Shown here in pieces: positions 11,635-20,718 of a stretch of DNA of 64,000 nt. The DNA comes from an uncultured Alphaproteobacteria bacterium (lineage in GTDB: Bacteria; Pseudomonadota; Alphaproteobacteria; Rhizobiales; Xanthobacteraceae), in assembly GCA_963750965.1 (NCBI GenBank), contig CAVVSK010000014.1, forward strand, positions 206,903 to 270,902, in the 5' to 3' direction. Position 1 is the stretch's first letter. Each line of letters starts with the position of its first letter. The notes beneath the pieces were generated by a model. That model did not search any database. It was not told the origin of the DNA and saw only the letters and a list, made by a program, of their open reading frames with translations. Both the position numbers and the translations under genes were made by a program.

Positions 11635-12015
11635 TCAGCTCTGCGGAGGGGCGTCCGCAGAACGATTGCGCCGGTCAGCCATGAACTGGTCGAACTCGGC
11701 CTTGTCCTTGGCCATCCGCAGGCGCTCGAGGAACTCACGAAATTCACGCTGCTCGTCCTCGAGCCGGCGCAAGGTTTCTGCGCGATATTCGTCAAAGGCG
11801 CGGTTCCCGCTGGAGGGATGCCACGGTGTGCCCATGTAGCGGCCAGCCTGACCCCAATTGAAGCCTCGGTAATTTCCGCAACCCATGCGTCTGCTCCATA
11901 TCGAGTAGGCAAGGGTCGCAAGACCAAGCGGCCACCAGACAATGAACCCCAGGATGATCAGCGCGATCCAGGCGGGCTTACCCATTTCATCGAGTTTTGC
12001 GGCTACGGTGGTCAT
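11635..12015 (-). CDS. DUF2852 family membrane protein
   Basis: MTTVAAKLDEMGKPAWIALIILGFIVWWPLGLATLAY followed by a charged C-terminal region (EYRAETLRRLEDEQREFREFLERLR). GAGGG RBS lies before the ATG at 12015. Confidence 0.75.
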   Translation of the reverse strand: MTTVAAKLDEMGKPAWIALIILGFIVWWPLGLATLAYSIWSRRMGCGNYRGFNWGQAGRYMGTPWHPSSGNRAFDEYRAETLRRLEDEQREFREFLERLRMAKDKAEFDQFMADRRNRSADAPPQS

Positions 12016-12032
12016 TGGACCCTCACGTGTGA

Positions 12033-12051
12033 ATGTAAATAACATTTACAT
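12033..12051. promoter_or_regulatory. AT-rich perfect palindrome ATGTAAAT-AAC-ATTTACAT, candidate operator
   Basis: 8-bp perfect arms with a 3-nt spacer, lying between the TetR stop (12104) and the DUF2852 start (12015). It is strikingly AT-rich for this sequence. Confidence 0.45.
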
Positions 12052-12103
12052 AACTAGCCTCGACCCTAACGGCTGTCAATATGGGCTCCGCGAAAAATTT
12101 TGC

Positions 12104-12757
12104 TCAAGTCTTGCGTGGCTCGCCGTCAAGAAATCCAAGGCCCCGCAGATAGACCAGTACTCCAGCCTCCAGCAGCTCTTCCGGAGACATGGGAAGGCTG
12201 CGGCGCGCGGCATCGCCTCTGCCGAAGAGCGAGGCAACACCGTGCGAGAGCGCCCAGATGTGCAGGCTCACCATCAAGACCGGCGGCCGGTTCGGCCCGG
12301 GCATGGTGCCAAGCAATTTTTCCGTGGCCGTGCGCAGCATGCCGAAGGCGCGATCGCCAGCTTGCTTGAGCTCGGCGTTGGCTTCGTGCGGGACGCCCGC
12401 TTCGAACATGGCCGAGTAATAGGCCGGCTCGCTGCGCGCAAAGGCGAGGTAAGCCTTGCCCAGCCGATCGAAAGCGGTGAACGGATCCGGACGCCCGTCA
12501 TCCCAACTCTTCGCCAGCGCCGTTGCGAACAACTCGAAGCCGCGGCGCGCGACATCCGCCAGCAGTTCATCGCGATCACGAAAATGTCGGTAGGGAGCCG
12601 CCGGACTGACGCCCGCCCAGCGCGCGGCTTCGGCAAAGGTGAATCCCGCGGGACCTTTTTGAGCGATCAGTTCAAGCGCCGCGCGGATCAGGGCCTCTTT
12701 TAAATTGCCGTGGTGATAGCCCCGGGATCCCCTGTCGCCATGTTTGGACCAGCTCAT
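12104..12757 (-). CDS. TetR/AcrR family transcriptional regulator
   Basis: HTH region (LIAQKGPAGFTFAEAARWAGVSPAAPYRHFRDRDEL). ATG at 12757; the ORF is open to 12787. Confidence 0.85.
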   Translation of the reverse strand: MSWSKHGDRGSRGYHHGNLKEALIRAALELIAQKGPAGFTFAEAARWAGVSPAAPYRHFRDRDELLADVARRGFELFATALAKSWDDGRPDPFTAFDRLGKAYLAFARSEPAYYSAMFEAGVPHEANAELKQAGDRAFGMLRTATEKLLGTMPGPNRPPVLMVSLHIWALSHGVASLFGRGDAARRSLPMSPEELLEAGVLVYLRGLGFLDGEPRKT

Positions 12758-13289
12758 GTGAAGAGTTCTTACATGACTCGGTGGCAAGCGTCGACCGGCC
12801 TCCCGTCACTGATCCCGCTCGGGGAGGGTTAGGGTGGGGGTCGCGGCTCCCACGCATGGCCAGCCGCAGCGGCTTCGGGATCGGCTTGGCGCGCCCGCCG
12901 GAAACGAAGGCGACCCGCACGGCGGCTTCGACCAACACCGCGCCGTCGCGCGTGACCTGCTGCTTCAGCAGGATCGAAGCGCCCTTTACCTCTTGCGGCG
13001 AGGTGATGATCTCCAAAAGGTCGCTGAAACCCGCCGGCTTGAAGAAATCGATATGCATCGAGCGGACAACGAAAGAAAAACCGGGCGCCTCGTTTTCAGT
13101 CTGTTCGAACAGCGCCCGCTGATCGGTGCCGAGCAGGCGCAGATAATCGGTGCGGCCGCGCTCCATGAATCGCAGATAACTCGCGTGATAGACGCTGCCG
13201 GAAAAATCCGTGTCCTCGTAATAGACCCGCACCGGCAGGATGTGACGTCCGCTGCGGATCTCGCCGGCGATGGAGTGCTTCATCGCCAC
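12672..13289 (-). CDS. ybgC: tol-pal associated acyl-CoA thioesterase YbgC (4HBT fold) with an unusually long C-terminal tail
   Basis: LPVRVYYEDTDFSGSVYHASYLRFMERGRTDYLR hot-dog motif. The family-like part ends near KPIPKPLRLAM, but the ORF continues ~55 aa further and overlaps the TetR start. Confidence 0.8.
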   Translation of the reverse strand: MAMKHSIAGEIRSGRHILPVRVYYEDTDFSGSVYHASYLRFMERGRTDYLRLLGTDQRALFEQTENEAPGFSFVVRSMHIDFFKPAGFSDLLEIITSPQEVKGASILLKQQVTRDGAVLVEAAVRVAFVSGGRAKPIPKPLRLAMRGSRDPHPNPPRAGSVTGGRSTLATESCKNSSHELVQTWRQGIPGLSPRQFKRGPDPRGA

Positions 13290-13660
13290 GGCACATCCTT
13301 CTGCATCGACTCTTCCCAGTTCCTGCCGTCGAACGGTTTTGGCTTGATCGCGTTGATGTCGAAGCCGTCGAGACAGCGCGCATTGACGTCAATCTTGTCC
13401 GGGTCCGAGCGCGGCACATAAAAGGGATGAATGCCGCAGTGCTTGCAGAAGGTGTGCTGCGCCACGCCGGTGTTGAAGGTGTAGGTGGTGAGATCGTCGT
13501 TACCGGTGAGCAGTTCAAACTGCTCGCGGGGCACGATCAAGTGCCAGATGCCCTTCTTGGTGCAGACCGAGCAATTGCATTCGGTGATGGTGGCGAGGTC
13601 GGCGGTGACCGAAAAGCGCACGCGCCCGCAATGGCAACCGCCCTGGTAGGTTTGCATCAC
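13280..13660 (-). CDS. GFA (glutathione-dependent formaldehyde-activating / CENP-V) family protein
   Basis: Cys-rich zinc motifs GGCHCGRVRF, CNCSVC and FCKHCG. Confidence 0.85.
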   Translation of the reverse strand: MMQTYQGGCHCGRVRFSVTADLATITECNCSVCTKKGIWHLIVPREQFELLTGNDDLTTYTFNTGVAQHTFCKHCGIHPFYVPRSDPDKIDVNARCLDGFDINAIKPKPFDGRNWEESMQKDVPWR

Positions 13661-13863
13661 AACTCTCGGTTCTTCACCCCGGCCGCACCATGAATGCCCA
13701 AGCGGGAGGGCCGAAACAAGCCATTCTTTGCAAAGTGTCGATCAGAAAACGAGCCGGCGCCAGCTTGCCGCCATAAGGCCGGATAGCTACGCTCGCGCTC
13801 CAGTTGTGGCTCGTCTGGAAATGCTGGCCGCCGGCAAGGCGGGTCAAAAGCGGGAGGGCTGTG

Positions 13864-14817
13864 ATGACAAGATTTCGCACATTGTGTCTCGGCGTTGCGG
13901 CCCTGATTGCTGCGAGCACTTATGCTTCAGCGCAAAACTATCCAAATCAGACGGTCCGCATCGTCGTTCCGTTTACGCCCGGCAGCGCGACAGACATCCT
14001 CGCCCGTATCGTCGGAGAAAAGCTGACGGAACGCTGGGGCCAGCAGGTCGTCATCGACAACCGCCCCGGCGTGGCCGGAACCGCAAGCGCGGCAAAGAGT
14101 GCGCCGGACGGCTACACGCTGATGCTCACGTCGAACGGCCACACGGTGGCCGCGCTGACGAACAAGAATCTTCCGTTCGATCCGGTAAAGGATTTTTCCG
14201 GGATCACCCAGGTCGCTTCGGTGCCGCTGGTGCTGATCGTCAATCCGGGCCTGCCCGCCAAGAACGTGAAAGAATTCATCGATCTCGCCAAGACGAAACC
14301 GGGCACGCTCAACTTCGCATCTCCCGGTGTCACCAGTACGACATTCATTGCCGGCGCGTTGTTCAAGAAGAACGCCGACATCGATATTGTGCACGTTCCC
14401 TACAAGGGCGCTCCGGAATCGGTGACGGCCGTCATCCGAGGCGACTCGCACATGTATTTCACGCCGAGCAATGTGGGGGCCGAGCTGATTCAGGCGGGAC
14501 AGGTGCGCGCCATCGCGGTGTCGACCGCCAAGCGGCTGGCGAACCTGCCGGATGTGCCCACGGTCGCCGAAGCCGGGGTGCCAAGCTTCGCCTATGATTC
14601 CTGGTTCGGCTTGATGATGCCGGCCAACGGGCCGCCGGCGGTGGTCGAGAAGATCAACCGCGACGTGGTGCAGATTCTGCAAATGCCGGATGTGCAGGAC
14701 AAGCTTGCGAAACAAGGGGTCGTGCCCGTCTTCAACAAGACGCCGGCGGAATTCGACGCGATCATCAAGCAGGACACGGCCCGGTACACCGAGGTGCTGA
14801 AAGACCTGATCAACTGA
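13864..14817 (+). CDS. tripartite tricarboxylate transporter substrate-binding protein (Bug/TctC family)
   Basis: Signal peptide MTRFRTLCLGVAALIAASTYASAQ, then NYPNQTVRIVVPFTPGSATDILAR, typical of the Bug family. Confidence 0.88.
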   Translation: MTRFRTLCLGVAALIAASTYASAQNYPNQTVRIVVPFTPGSATDILARIVGEKLTERWGQQVVIDNRPGVAGTASAAKSAPDGYTLMLTSNGHTVAALTNKNLPFDPVKDFSGITQVASVPLVLIVNPGLPAKNVKEFIDLAKTKPGTLNFASPGVTSTTFIAGALFKKNADIDIVHVPYKGAPESVTAVIRGDSHMYFTPSNVGAELIQAGQVRAIAVSTAKRLANLPDVPTVAEAGVPSFAYDSWFGLMMPANGPPAVVEKINRDVVQILQMPDVQDKLAKQGVVPVFNKTPAEFDAIIKQDTARYTEVLKDLIN

Positions 14818-14842
14818 TTGTCGCGCGCCGTCGGGGCAGGAC

Positions 14843-15892
14843 TTACTGGTCTTCCTCGCCCTGCCCGAACAACCCAAACTGCGCCGGGTCGCGCGCGGGC
14901 TCGGGCAGACCGAGATGCTTGAACGCATGGCCCGTCAGCAATCGCCCGCGCGGCGTGCGCTGGATAAAACCCTGCTGCAGCAGGAACGGCTCGATGATGT
15001 CCTCGATGGCGTCGCGCGGCTCCGACAACGCCGCAGCCAGCGTCTCTACCCCCACCGGCCCGCCACCGTAGTTCCTCGCGATGGTGGTGAGATAGCGCCG
15101 GTCCATGGCGTCGCAGCCGGCGGCGTCGACTTCCAGCTCACGCAAGGCCTTGTCGGCGGCGGCTCGATCGATCTTCTCAGTGCCGGCCACATGCGCGAAG
15201 TCGCGCACGCGGCGCAGCAGCCGCCCCGCGATGCGCGGGGTTCCGCGCGCACGCCGCGCGATCTCGTTGGCGCCGTCGGGCGTCATGCCGATGCCGAGCA
15301 CGCGCGCGCCGCGGTTGACGATTTGCTCCAGCTCCGCTTCGGAATAGAAGTTGAGCCGCACCGGAATGCCGAAGCGGTCGCGCAGCGGATTGGTGAGCAG
15401 CCCCGCACGCGTGGTAGCGCCAATCAGCGTGAATTTTGAAAGATCGATCTTCACCGATCGCGCCGCGGGACCCTCGCCAATGATCAGGTCGAGCTGGAAA
15501 TCCTCCATCGCGGGATAGAGGATTTCCTCCACCTGCGGATTGAGCCGATGAATCTCGTCGATGAACAGCACATCACGATCTTCCAGATTGGTCAGCAGCG
15601 CGGCGAGGTCTCCCGCCTTCGCGATCACCGGGCCCGAGGTGGCGCGGAAATTCACGCCCAATTCGCGCGCCACGATCTGCGCCAGCGTGGTCTTGCCGAG
15701 GCCGGGAGGGCCAACGAAGAGCACATGATCAAGCGCCTCGTTGCGCGCGCGCGCCGCCTTGATGAAGACTTCCAGATTGGAGCGCGCCTGTTCCTGGCCG
15801 ACAAATTCCGATAGCCGCTGCGGACGCAGCGAGGCTTCCGCGAGATCGTCCTCGCGGCGCTCGGCGGTGACTAGGCGGGACGGCGTATTCAT
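14843..15892 (-). CDS. ruvB: Holliday junction branch migration DNA helicase RuvB
   Basis: 349 aa starting MNTPSRL. Walker [10 protein letters not shown], Walker B FIDEIHRL and a winged-helix C-terminus. It is the C-terminal part of the artefactual 670-aa ORF. Confidence 0.96.
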   Translation of the reverse strand: MNTPSRLVTAERREDDLAEASLRPQRLSEFVGQEQARSNLEVFIKAARARNEALDHVLFVGPPGLGKTTLAQIVARELGVNFRATSGPVIAKAGDLAALLTNLEDRDVLFIDEIHRLNPQVEEILYPAMEDFQLDLIIGEGPAARSVKIDLSKFTLIGATTRAGLLTNPLRDRFGIPVRLNFYSEAELEQIVNRGARVLGIGMTPDGANEIARRARGTPRIAGRLLRRVRDFAHVAGTEKIDRAAADKALRELEVDAAGCDAMDRRYLTTIARNYGGGPVGVETLAAALSEPRDAIEDIIEPFLLQQGFIQRTPRGRLLTGHAFKHLGLPEPARDPAQFGLFGQGEEDQ

Positions 15893-16393
15893 GACATCCG
15901 ATGCAATGGCCGGCTGCACAGCCAGCAGAGGCTTGCCGCGATCGCGGCCGGAACAGACAGGAACACCGCGAGCCAGAAGCCCTGGCGCAGGCCCTGCGCG
16001 CTGGGCAGGAACAGCGCGGAATTTTCCGACGGCGAAACAAAGAATCCGGCGACAACGACGCTCAGCACCATGATTGCCGACCACCCCAAGCGCCGTCCAC
16101 AGCGAGTTCAGGCCGAAATAGACCGCGGCAATGGCGAACAGGAGACCGGCGATGGCGGATGACGGGATCGTCGCAATCAGGGCGAAGAAGAAAAGCAGGA
16201 CCACGCCGATCTTCAGCCACGGCCGCAGCGCTTCGAGTTCGACGAAGGCGAGCATCAGCTGCACCATCTGAATGCCGAGCGTGAGCATGAACGTCATGAA
16301 GATCGCGGTGATGACCAGCGGTCCAATGACAGTAAAGATCGCCACGATGCCGAGGCCGCGTGCAAAACGCCGGAGTTCATGGGCGGCGCTCAT
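15889..16393 (-). pseudogene. polytopic membrane protein gene between ruvA and ruvB, interrupted by a +1 frameshift near 16078-16088
   Basis: It starts [33 protein letters not shown]. After ...LWTALGVV the hydrophobic sequence continues in the next frame ([28 protein letters not shown]...). The ATG overlaps the ruvA stop (ATGA) and its stop overlaps the ruvB ATG (ATGA). Confidence 0.6.
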
Positions 16394-17009
16394 TTCGCCA
16401 GTTCCCTGAGCCCGAGCCGGATCAATTGCTTGGTCTCCGCGCCCTCGCCGGCGTTGCGCGCGGCGGCGGCGATGGCGGCGGCAGCCTGCGGATGACCATA
16501 GCCGAGATTGACCAGCGCCGAGACGGCGTCGGTGATCGGCTTCGGTGCGCGGTGTTCGTCCAACGGCGCCGGAGAGCCGGACGACCGCGGGATCGACATC
16601 GGCGTAGGCCGGCGCCTTGTCTTTCAGTTCGGTGACGATGCGCTCGGCAACTTTGGCGCCCACGCCCGGCGCGCGCTGTGACGCGCGCCTTGTCGCGCAT
16701 GGCGATCGCGGTGGCGAGATCGGCCGGCTTGAGCGTCGACAGCATCGCCAGCGCCACCTTGGTGCCGACGCCCTGCACGGTTTGCAAAAGCCGGAACCAT
16801 TCGCGCTCGAGATCGCTGGTGAAGCCGAACAGCTTGATCTGGTCCTCGCGCACATGGGTCTCGATCGCGAGCGTCACCGCCTCGCCTTGCGCCGGCAGCG
16901 CCTGCAACGTGCGCGCGGAACAATGCACGAGATAGCCGACGCCGCCGACATCGACGATGATGAAATCTTCGCCGTAGCTGTCGATCAGGCCGCGGAGCTT
17001 GCCGATCAT
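16390..17009 (-). pseudogene. ruvA: Holliday junction DNA helicase RuvA, interrupted by two +1 frameshifts
   Basis: Domain I/II ([31 protein letters not shown]...[10 protein letters not shown]) is in one frame. The HhH region ([37 protein letters not shown]) is in the next frame. Domain III ([41 protein letters not shown]...LRELAK) is in the third. The shifts lie near 16676-16690 and 16564-16570. Confidence 0.9.
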
Positions 17010-17515
17010 TGCACCGTCGCCTTCATAAATAAGCTGGTGCGGTGATGCGCGTGACACACCGCGATGGCAAGCGCGTCGGCAGCATCGTGACTCTGCGGAT
17101 CGGCCTTCGGCAGCAGCACGCCTATCATCATGCGGATCTGCGCCTTCTCGCCATGGCCTGCGCCGACGATGGTCTTCTTCACCAGGTTGGGCGCGTATTC
17201 CGACACCGGCACGCTCGCCCGCGCCGGCACCAGCATGGCGATGCCGCGCGCCTGGCCGAGCTTAAGCGTCGCTGCCGCATCCTTGTTAACGAAGGTGGCT
17301 TCCACCGCTGCTTCGTCCGGCACGAATTCCTCGACAATGCGAAAAAGTCCGTCATGCAGGGCCAGCAGCCGGCGCGCCAGGTCGGCTTCGGCGTCGGTAG
17401 AAACCGAGCCGCAGGCGACGAAAGTCAGCCGATTGCCATCGATCTCAACGACGCCCCAGCCGGTGCGGCGGAGCCCCGGATCGATGCCGAGGATGCGAAT
17501 CGGGCGGCGCAGCAT
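17006..17515 (-). CDS. ruvC: crossover junction endodeoxyribonuclease RuvC
   Basis: [24 protein letters not shown] with the catalytic Asp, and C-terminal [15 protein letters not shown]. The stop overlaps the ruvA start. The upstream extension of the ORF is translated repeat sequence. Confidence 0.93.
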   Translation of the reverse strand: MLRRPIRILGIDPGLRRTGWGVVEIDGNRLTFVACGSVSTDAEADLARRLLALHDGLFRIVEEFVPDEAAVEATFVNKDAAATLKLGQARGIAMLVPARASVPVSEYAPNLVKKTIVGAGHGEKAQIRMMIGVLLPKADPQSHDAADALAIAVCHAHHRTSLFMKATVQ

Positions 17516-17547
17516 GTGCTTGTGATAACCCGCCTGGTCATTGCCGC

Positions 17548-17715
17548 CTAGTGCCGCCGATTTGAAGTTCCTACGCCATCTGCGGCAAACGCATTTAGGA
17601 ACTTCAAATCGAAAAGCGGCACTAGAGTCATAAAGTTGCTGGTGCCCCTTTGCTTCCGAAGTTCGTGTCAAAGAATGCCGCGACCGGATGACGAACTTCG
17701 GAAGCGGGGCACCAG
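17548..17715. repeat. 168-bp double-hairpin intergenic repeat, copy B (inverted relative to copy A)
   Basis: The stems are nearly identical to the reverse complement of 5662-5832, while the loop sequences differ. Confidence 0.9.
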
Positions 17716-17779
17716 TACCGGCGGCGGGACCCCAAACCCCGCCCGCGCGTTATCCCAGTAATAACAAAGGAGCGAACCG

Positions 17780-17962
17780 ATGGATGACACTGGCGGATGG
17801 CTTTGGTTGGTAATCGATGTGATCCTGGTGGCCGCGCTCGGCATTGGCATCGCCTATGGCATCCTCGCCTGGCGCCGCCGTCGCAAGGATCCGACGATGG
17901 AAAGCGTGCGCGATGCAGCGACGCACCGGGCCTACGAGAATAATGAAGCCAATCGGCCTTAG
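17780..17962 (+). CDS. small membrane protein (hypothetical)
   Basis: 60-aa ORF with one clear TM segment (WLWLVIDVILVAALGIGIAYGILAW) followed by RRRRK. No family was recognised. Confidence 0.45.
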   Translation: MDDTGGWLWLVIDVILVAALGIGIAYGILAWRRRRKDPTMESVRDAATHRAYENNEANRP

Positions 17963-17965
17963 GCG

Positions 17966-18712
17966 TCAGGCGCTCATCTTGGTGACGAGGGCATCCGAGA
18001 CTTCGAAATTAGCATAGACGTTCTGTACGTCGTCGAGCTCCTCCAGCGTCTCGATCAAGCCGAACAGCTGCTCACCTTTTTCGTCGTCGATCGAAATGTT
18101 GTTCTGCGCCTTCCAGAGCAGCGCGGATTTGCGCGGCTCGCCGAACTTGGTCTCCAGCGCCTTCGATACTTCGTTGAGCGATTCCGGCGAGGTGTAGATC
18201 TCGTGCCCGCTTTCATTTGAGTTCACATCGTCGGCGCCGGCCTCGATGGCGGCTTCCAGCATCTGGTCGGCATTCGCCACTTTGGCGTCGAACTCCACCA
18301 CTCCAAGGCGGTCGAACATGAAAGACACCGCACCGGTCTCTGCCAGGTTGCCGCCGTTCTTGCTGAAGGTGGAACGCACGTCGGAAGCGGTGCGATTGCG
18401 GTTGTCGGTCAACACTTCAACGATGACGGCGACGCCACCCGGGCCATAGCCCTCGTAGCGCACCTCTTCATAGTTCTCGGCATCGCCGCCTGACGCCTTC
18501 TTGATCGCGCGTTCGATATTGTCCTTCGGCATGCTCTGGGCTTTGGCCGCGAGAATCGCTGCGCGCAGGCGCGGGTTGAAGGCCGGATCGGGCAGCCCGA
18601 GCTTGGCGGCCACGGTGATTTCGCGGCCGAGTTTGGCGAAGAGCTGAGCACGGACTTTGTCCTGCTTGCCCTTGCGGTGCATGATGTTTTTGAACTGCGA
18701 ATGGCCAGCCAT
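17966..18712 (-). CDS. YebC/PmpR family DNA-binding transcriptional regulator
   Basis: [32 protein letters not shown] is the hallmark N-terminus. 248 aa. Confidence 0.93.
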   Translation of the reverse strand: MAGHSQFKNIMHRKGKQDKVRAQLFAKLGREITVAAKLGLPDPAFNPRLRAAILAAKAQSMPKDNIERAIKKASGGDAENYEEVRYEGYGPGGVAVIVEVLTDNRNRTASDVRSTFSKNGGNLAETGAVSFMFDRLGVVEFDAKVANADQMLEAAIEAGADDVNSNESGHEIYTSPESLNEVSKALETKFGEPRKSALLWKAQNNISIDDEKGEQLFGLIETLEELDDVQNVYANFEVSDALVTKMSA

Positions 18713-18779
18713 GGTCTCACTGTCGTCTAATGATTTTCCAGCGCGGTTATAAAATGCAAGTCCGGAACAATAAAAGCCC

Positions 18780-19601
18780 CTATGGCCAAAATCCGGGCAC
18801 CGCCTCCTCCAGAATGCCGCCGAGCCGCACGGCCGCGACGCGGATTGCGAGGCCGGTAGCGTCATCGGTCTCAACCGCGATGCCGCACAGCGTGGCAGGG
18901 CCATGGGGCGGCTCGAATCTGGCAGATGGTATGCGTCGGAGAAAACGGTTGATCGGTTCTTCCTTCGCCATGCCGATGACGAAATCGTAGTCGCCGGTCA
19001 TGCCGACGTCGGAAACGAATGCGGTGCCGCCGGCAAGGATGCGGTGATCGGACGTCTGCACATGGGTATGTGTGCCGACCACCAGGCTGGCGCGCCCGTC
19101 GACGAAATGGCCCATCGACTGTTTCTCGCTCGTTGCCTCGCAATGCATGTCGATGACGATGACATCGGCGCCGGATTTCAGCGCGCAGGCGGAAAGCTCA
19201 CGCTCGATCGCGGCGAAGGGATCATCGAGCGGGTCCATGAAAATGCGGCCCATGGCGTTGATGACCAGTGCGCGGGCGCCGTTCTTCGCTTCGATCATCG
19301 CCACGCCGCGGCCAGGCGTGCCGGGCGGATAATTGATCGGGCGAATGAGGCGCGGAGCGCGCTCGATGAAAACCAGCGCCTCACGTTGATCCCAGGCGTG
19401 ATTGCCGAGCGTGATGGCGTCGGCCCCCACGTCGAGCAGCTCCTGATAAATCGCCTCGGTAATGCCGAAGCCGCCGGCCGCGTTTTCGCCATTGATCACG
19501 ACAAGGTCGAGTTTCCAGTCTGCGATCAATCCCGGCAGGCGCTCGAGGACGACGGTGCGCCCGCTGCGGCCGACGATGTCGCCGATGAAAAGAATGCGCA
19601 T
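18780..19601 (-). CDS. YmdB-like metallophosphoesterase (TIGR00282 type)
   Basis: [15 protein letters not shown]...[14 protein letters not shown] and GNHAWD metallophosphatase motifs. Confidence 0.88.
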   Translation of the reverse strand: MRILFIGDIVGRSGRTVVLERLPGLIADWKLDLVVINGENAAGGFGITEAIYQELLDVGADAITLGNHAWDQREALVFIERAPRLIRPINYPPGTPGRGVAMIEAKNGARALVINAMGRIFMDPLDDPFAAIERELSACALKSGADVIVIDMHCEATSEKQSMGHFVDGRASLVVGTHTHVQTSDHRILAGGTAFVSDVGMTGDYDFVIGMAKEEPINRFLRRIPSARFEPPHGPATLCGIAVETDDATGLAIRVAAVRLGGILEEAVPGFWP

Positions 19602-19606
19602 GGTGC

Positions 19607-20206
19607 TCAGGCCTTACGGAAATCGATGATCTCGCGCTCGGTTAGCACAAGATCGAGCCGGGCGTCGCGTTCCGTGGCCGGCACGCGGAGGATTTCCTGT
19701 ACGGCGAAGCCGATGCCAATGGCGACGACGGGTTTGATGCCGCGCAGCCGGGTGATGGTCATGTCGTAATAGCCCGCGCCGTAGCCGATGCGATGGCCGG
19801 CACGGTCAAAGGCGGCGAGCGGCACGACCAAAATATCCGGATCGATTTCGGGGGCATCGACTTTCGGCTGGCGGATTCCCCAAACTCCGGCATCGAGCGG
19901 CCCGCCGAATTCCCAGGCGCGCATGATCAGCGGCTTGCCGCGCCCCGCCACCACCGGCAACGCCAGCTTCGCGCCTTCCGCCGCCAGGCGCTTGAGCAGC
20001 GGCAACGGATTGATCTCGCTCTTCATCGGCATGAAGCCGGACACGACGGTGCCGCGCGCTATCGCGATCGGGAACTTGCGCGCGGCGATTGTTTCCGCCG
20101 CTGTCTGCCGCTCTCCCGCTGGCAAGGCATCCCGACGCGCAAGCGCTTCGTTGCGGAGCAGTTCTTTTTGTCGGGGAATTTGGTCCGCTGAATCCAAAGC
20201 CGTCAT
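19607..20206 (-). CDS. 5-formyltetrahydrofolate cyclo-ligase
   Basis: 199 aa with GYGAGYYD near the C-terminus. Its position downstream of a 6S-like RNA locus supports the call. Confidence 0.88.
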   Translation of the reverse strand: MTALDSADQIPRQKELLRNEALARRDALPAGERQTAAETIAARKFPIAIARGTVVSGFMPMKSEINPLPLLKRLAAEGAKLALPVVAGRGKPLIMRAWEFGGPLDAGVWGIRQPKVDAPEIDPDILVVPLAAFDRAGHRIGYGAGYYDMTITRLRGIKPVVAIGIGFAVQEILRVPATERDARLDLVLTEREIIDFRKA

Positions 20207-20218
20207 CCTGGGTGGCGG

Positions 20219-20395
20219 TCAGGATTTAGTTTTTCGGCTTAGGAAGTGCCACAACCCAATGCTGGCCATGACGCCGGCTGCACCGACCAGCCCTTTGTTC
20301 GGCTCGCGGCCTTCGTAATAATAAAGCGCGCTGATCGCGACGATCGCCACGAAACCCGCCGCAACGCTGTAAACAAGTTTCTGCAGGTCGGTCAT
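20219..20395 (-). CDS. small membrane protein (hypothetical, 58 aa, below the ORF-track cut-off)
   Basis: My own translation is MTDLQKLVYSVAAGFVAIVAISALYYYEGREPNKGLVGAAGVMASIGLWHFLSRKTKS, with two hydrophobic segments. It lies 13 nt upstream of the cyclo-ligase gene. Confidence 0.4.
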   Translation of the reverse strand: MTDLQKLVYSVAAGFVAIVAISALYYYEGREPNKGLVGAAGVMASIGLWHFLSRKTKS

Positions 20396-20424
20396 GAGTG
20401 CGGAGCCGCTAAGCCGTCAGAGCT

Positions 20425-20580
20425 GTGATCCCGGGAACCTACATAAGTAGGTGGGCGCCATATGCCCAAGACCAGGGTCAAGGACAGGGACAGCTCCCGT
20501 CGAGATCGTAAGGCCCCGGGGAATGTACTCCAACGCACCCCGCAGCCCCGCCCGACTAATGTAGTGCTTTTGTGACGCAA
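20425..20580 (-). ncRNA. ssrS: candidate 6S RNA
   Basis: Non-coding, highly self-complementary stretch in the position that the conserved zapA-ssrS-ygfA arrangement predicts. A closing stem pairs 20555-20564 with 20439-20448 (CTACATTAGT / ACTTATGTAG, one mismatch). A second helix is GGGCG/CGCCC, with an internal loop and a terminal hairpin (GACGGGA..TCCCTGTC). The ends are approximate. Confidence 0.45.
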
Positions 20581-20718
20581 GCGCCACCGGCAGCTGGACC
20601 AATTGCGCGTTTGAAACCACAAAGCGGCAGCGAACAATGGCAATACAGAGGTGATGCCGGGGGGTTGGTGATATAAGCTCGTGACAGCAAGACGCGACGC
20701 CGAAGCACGGCCGAGCCC

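Noticed and set aside
14843-16855. A 670-aa ORF that looks like a giant RuvB fusion protein
   Set aside because: It is a read-through composite. Its N-terminal third is out-of-frame ruvA sequence plus the middle ruvA fragment. Its centre is the membrane ORF X, and only the last 349 aa are RuvB, which has its own ATG at 15892.
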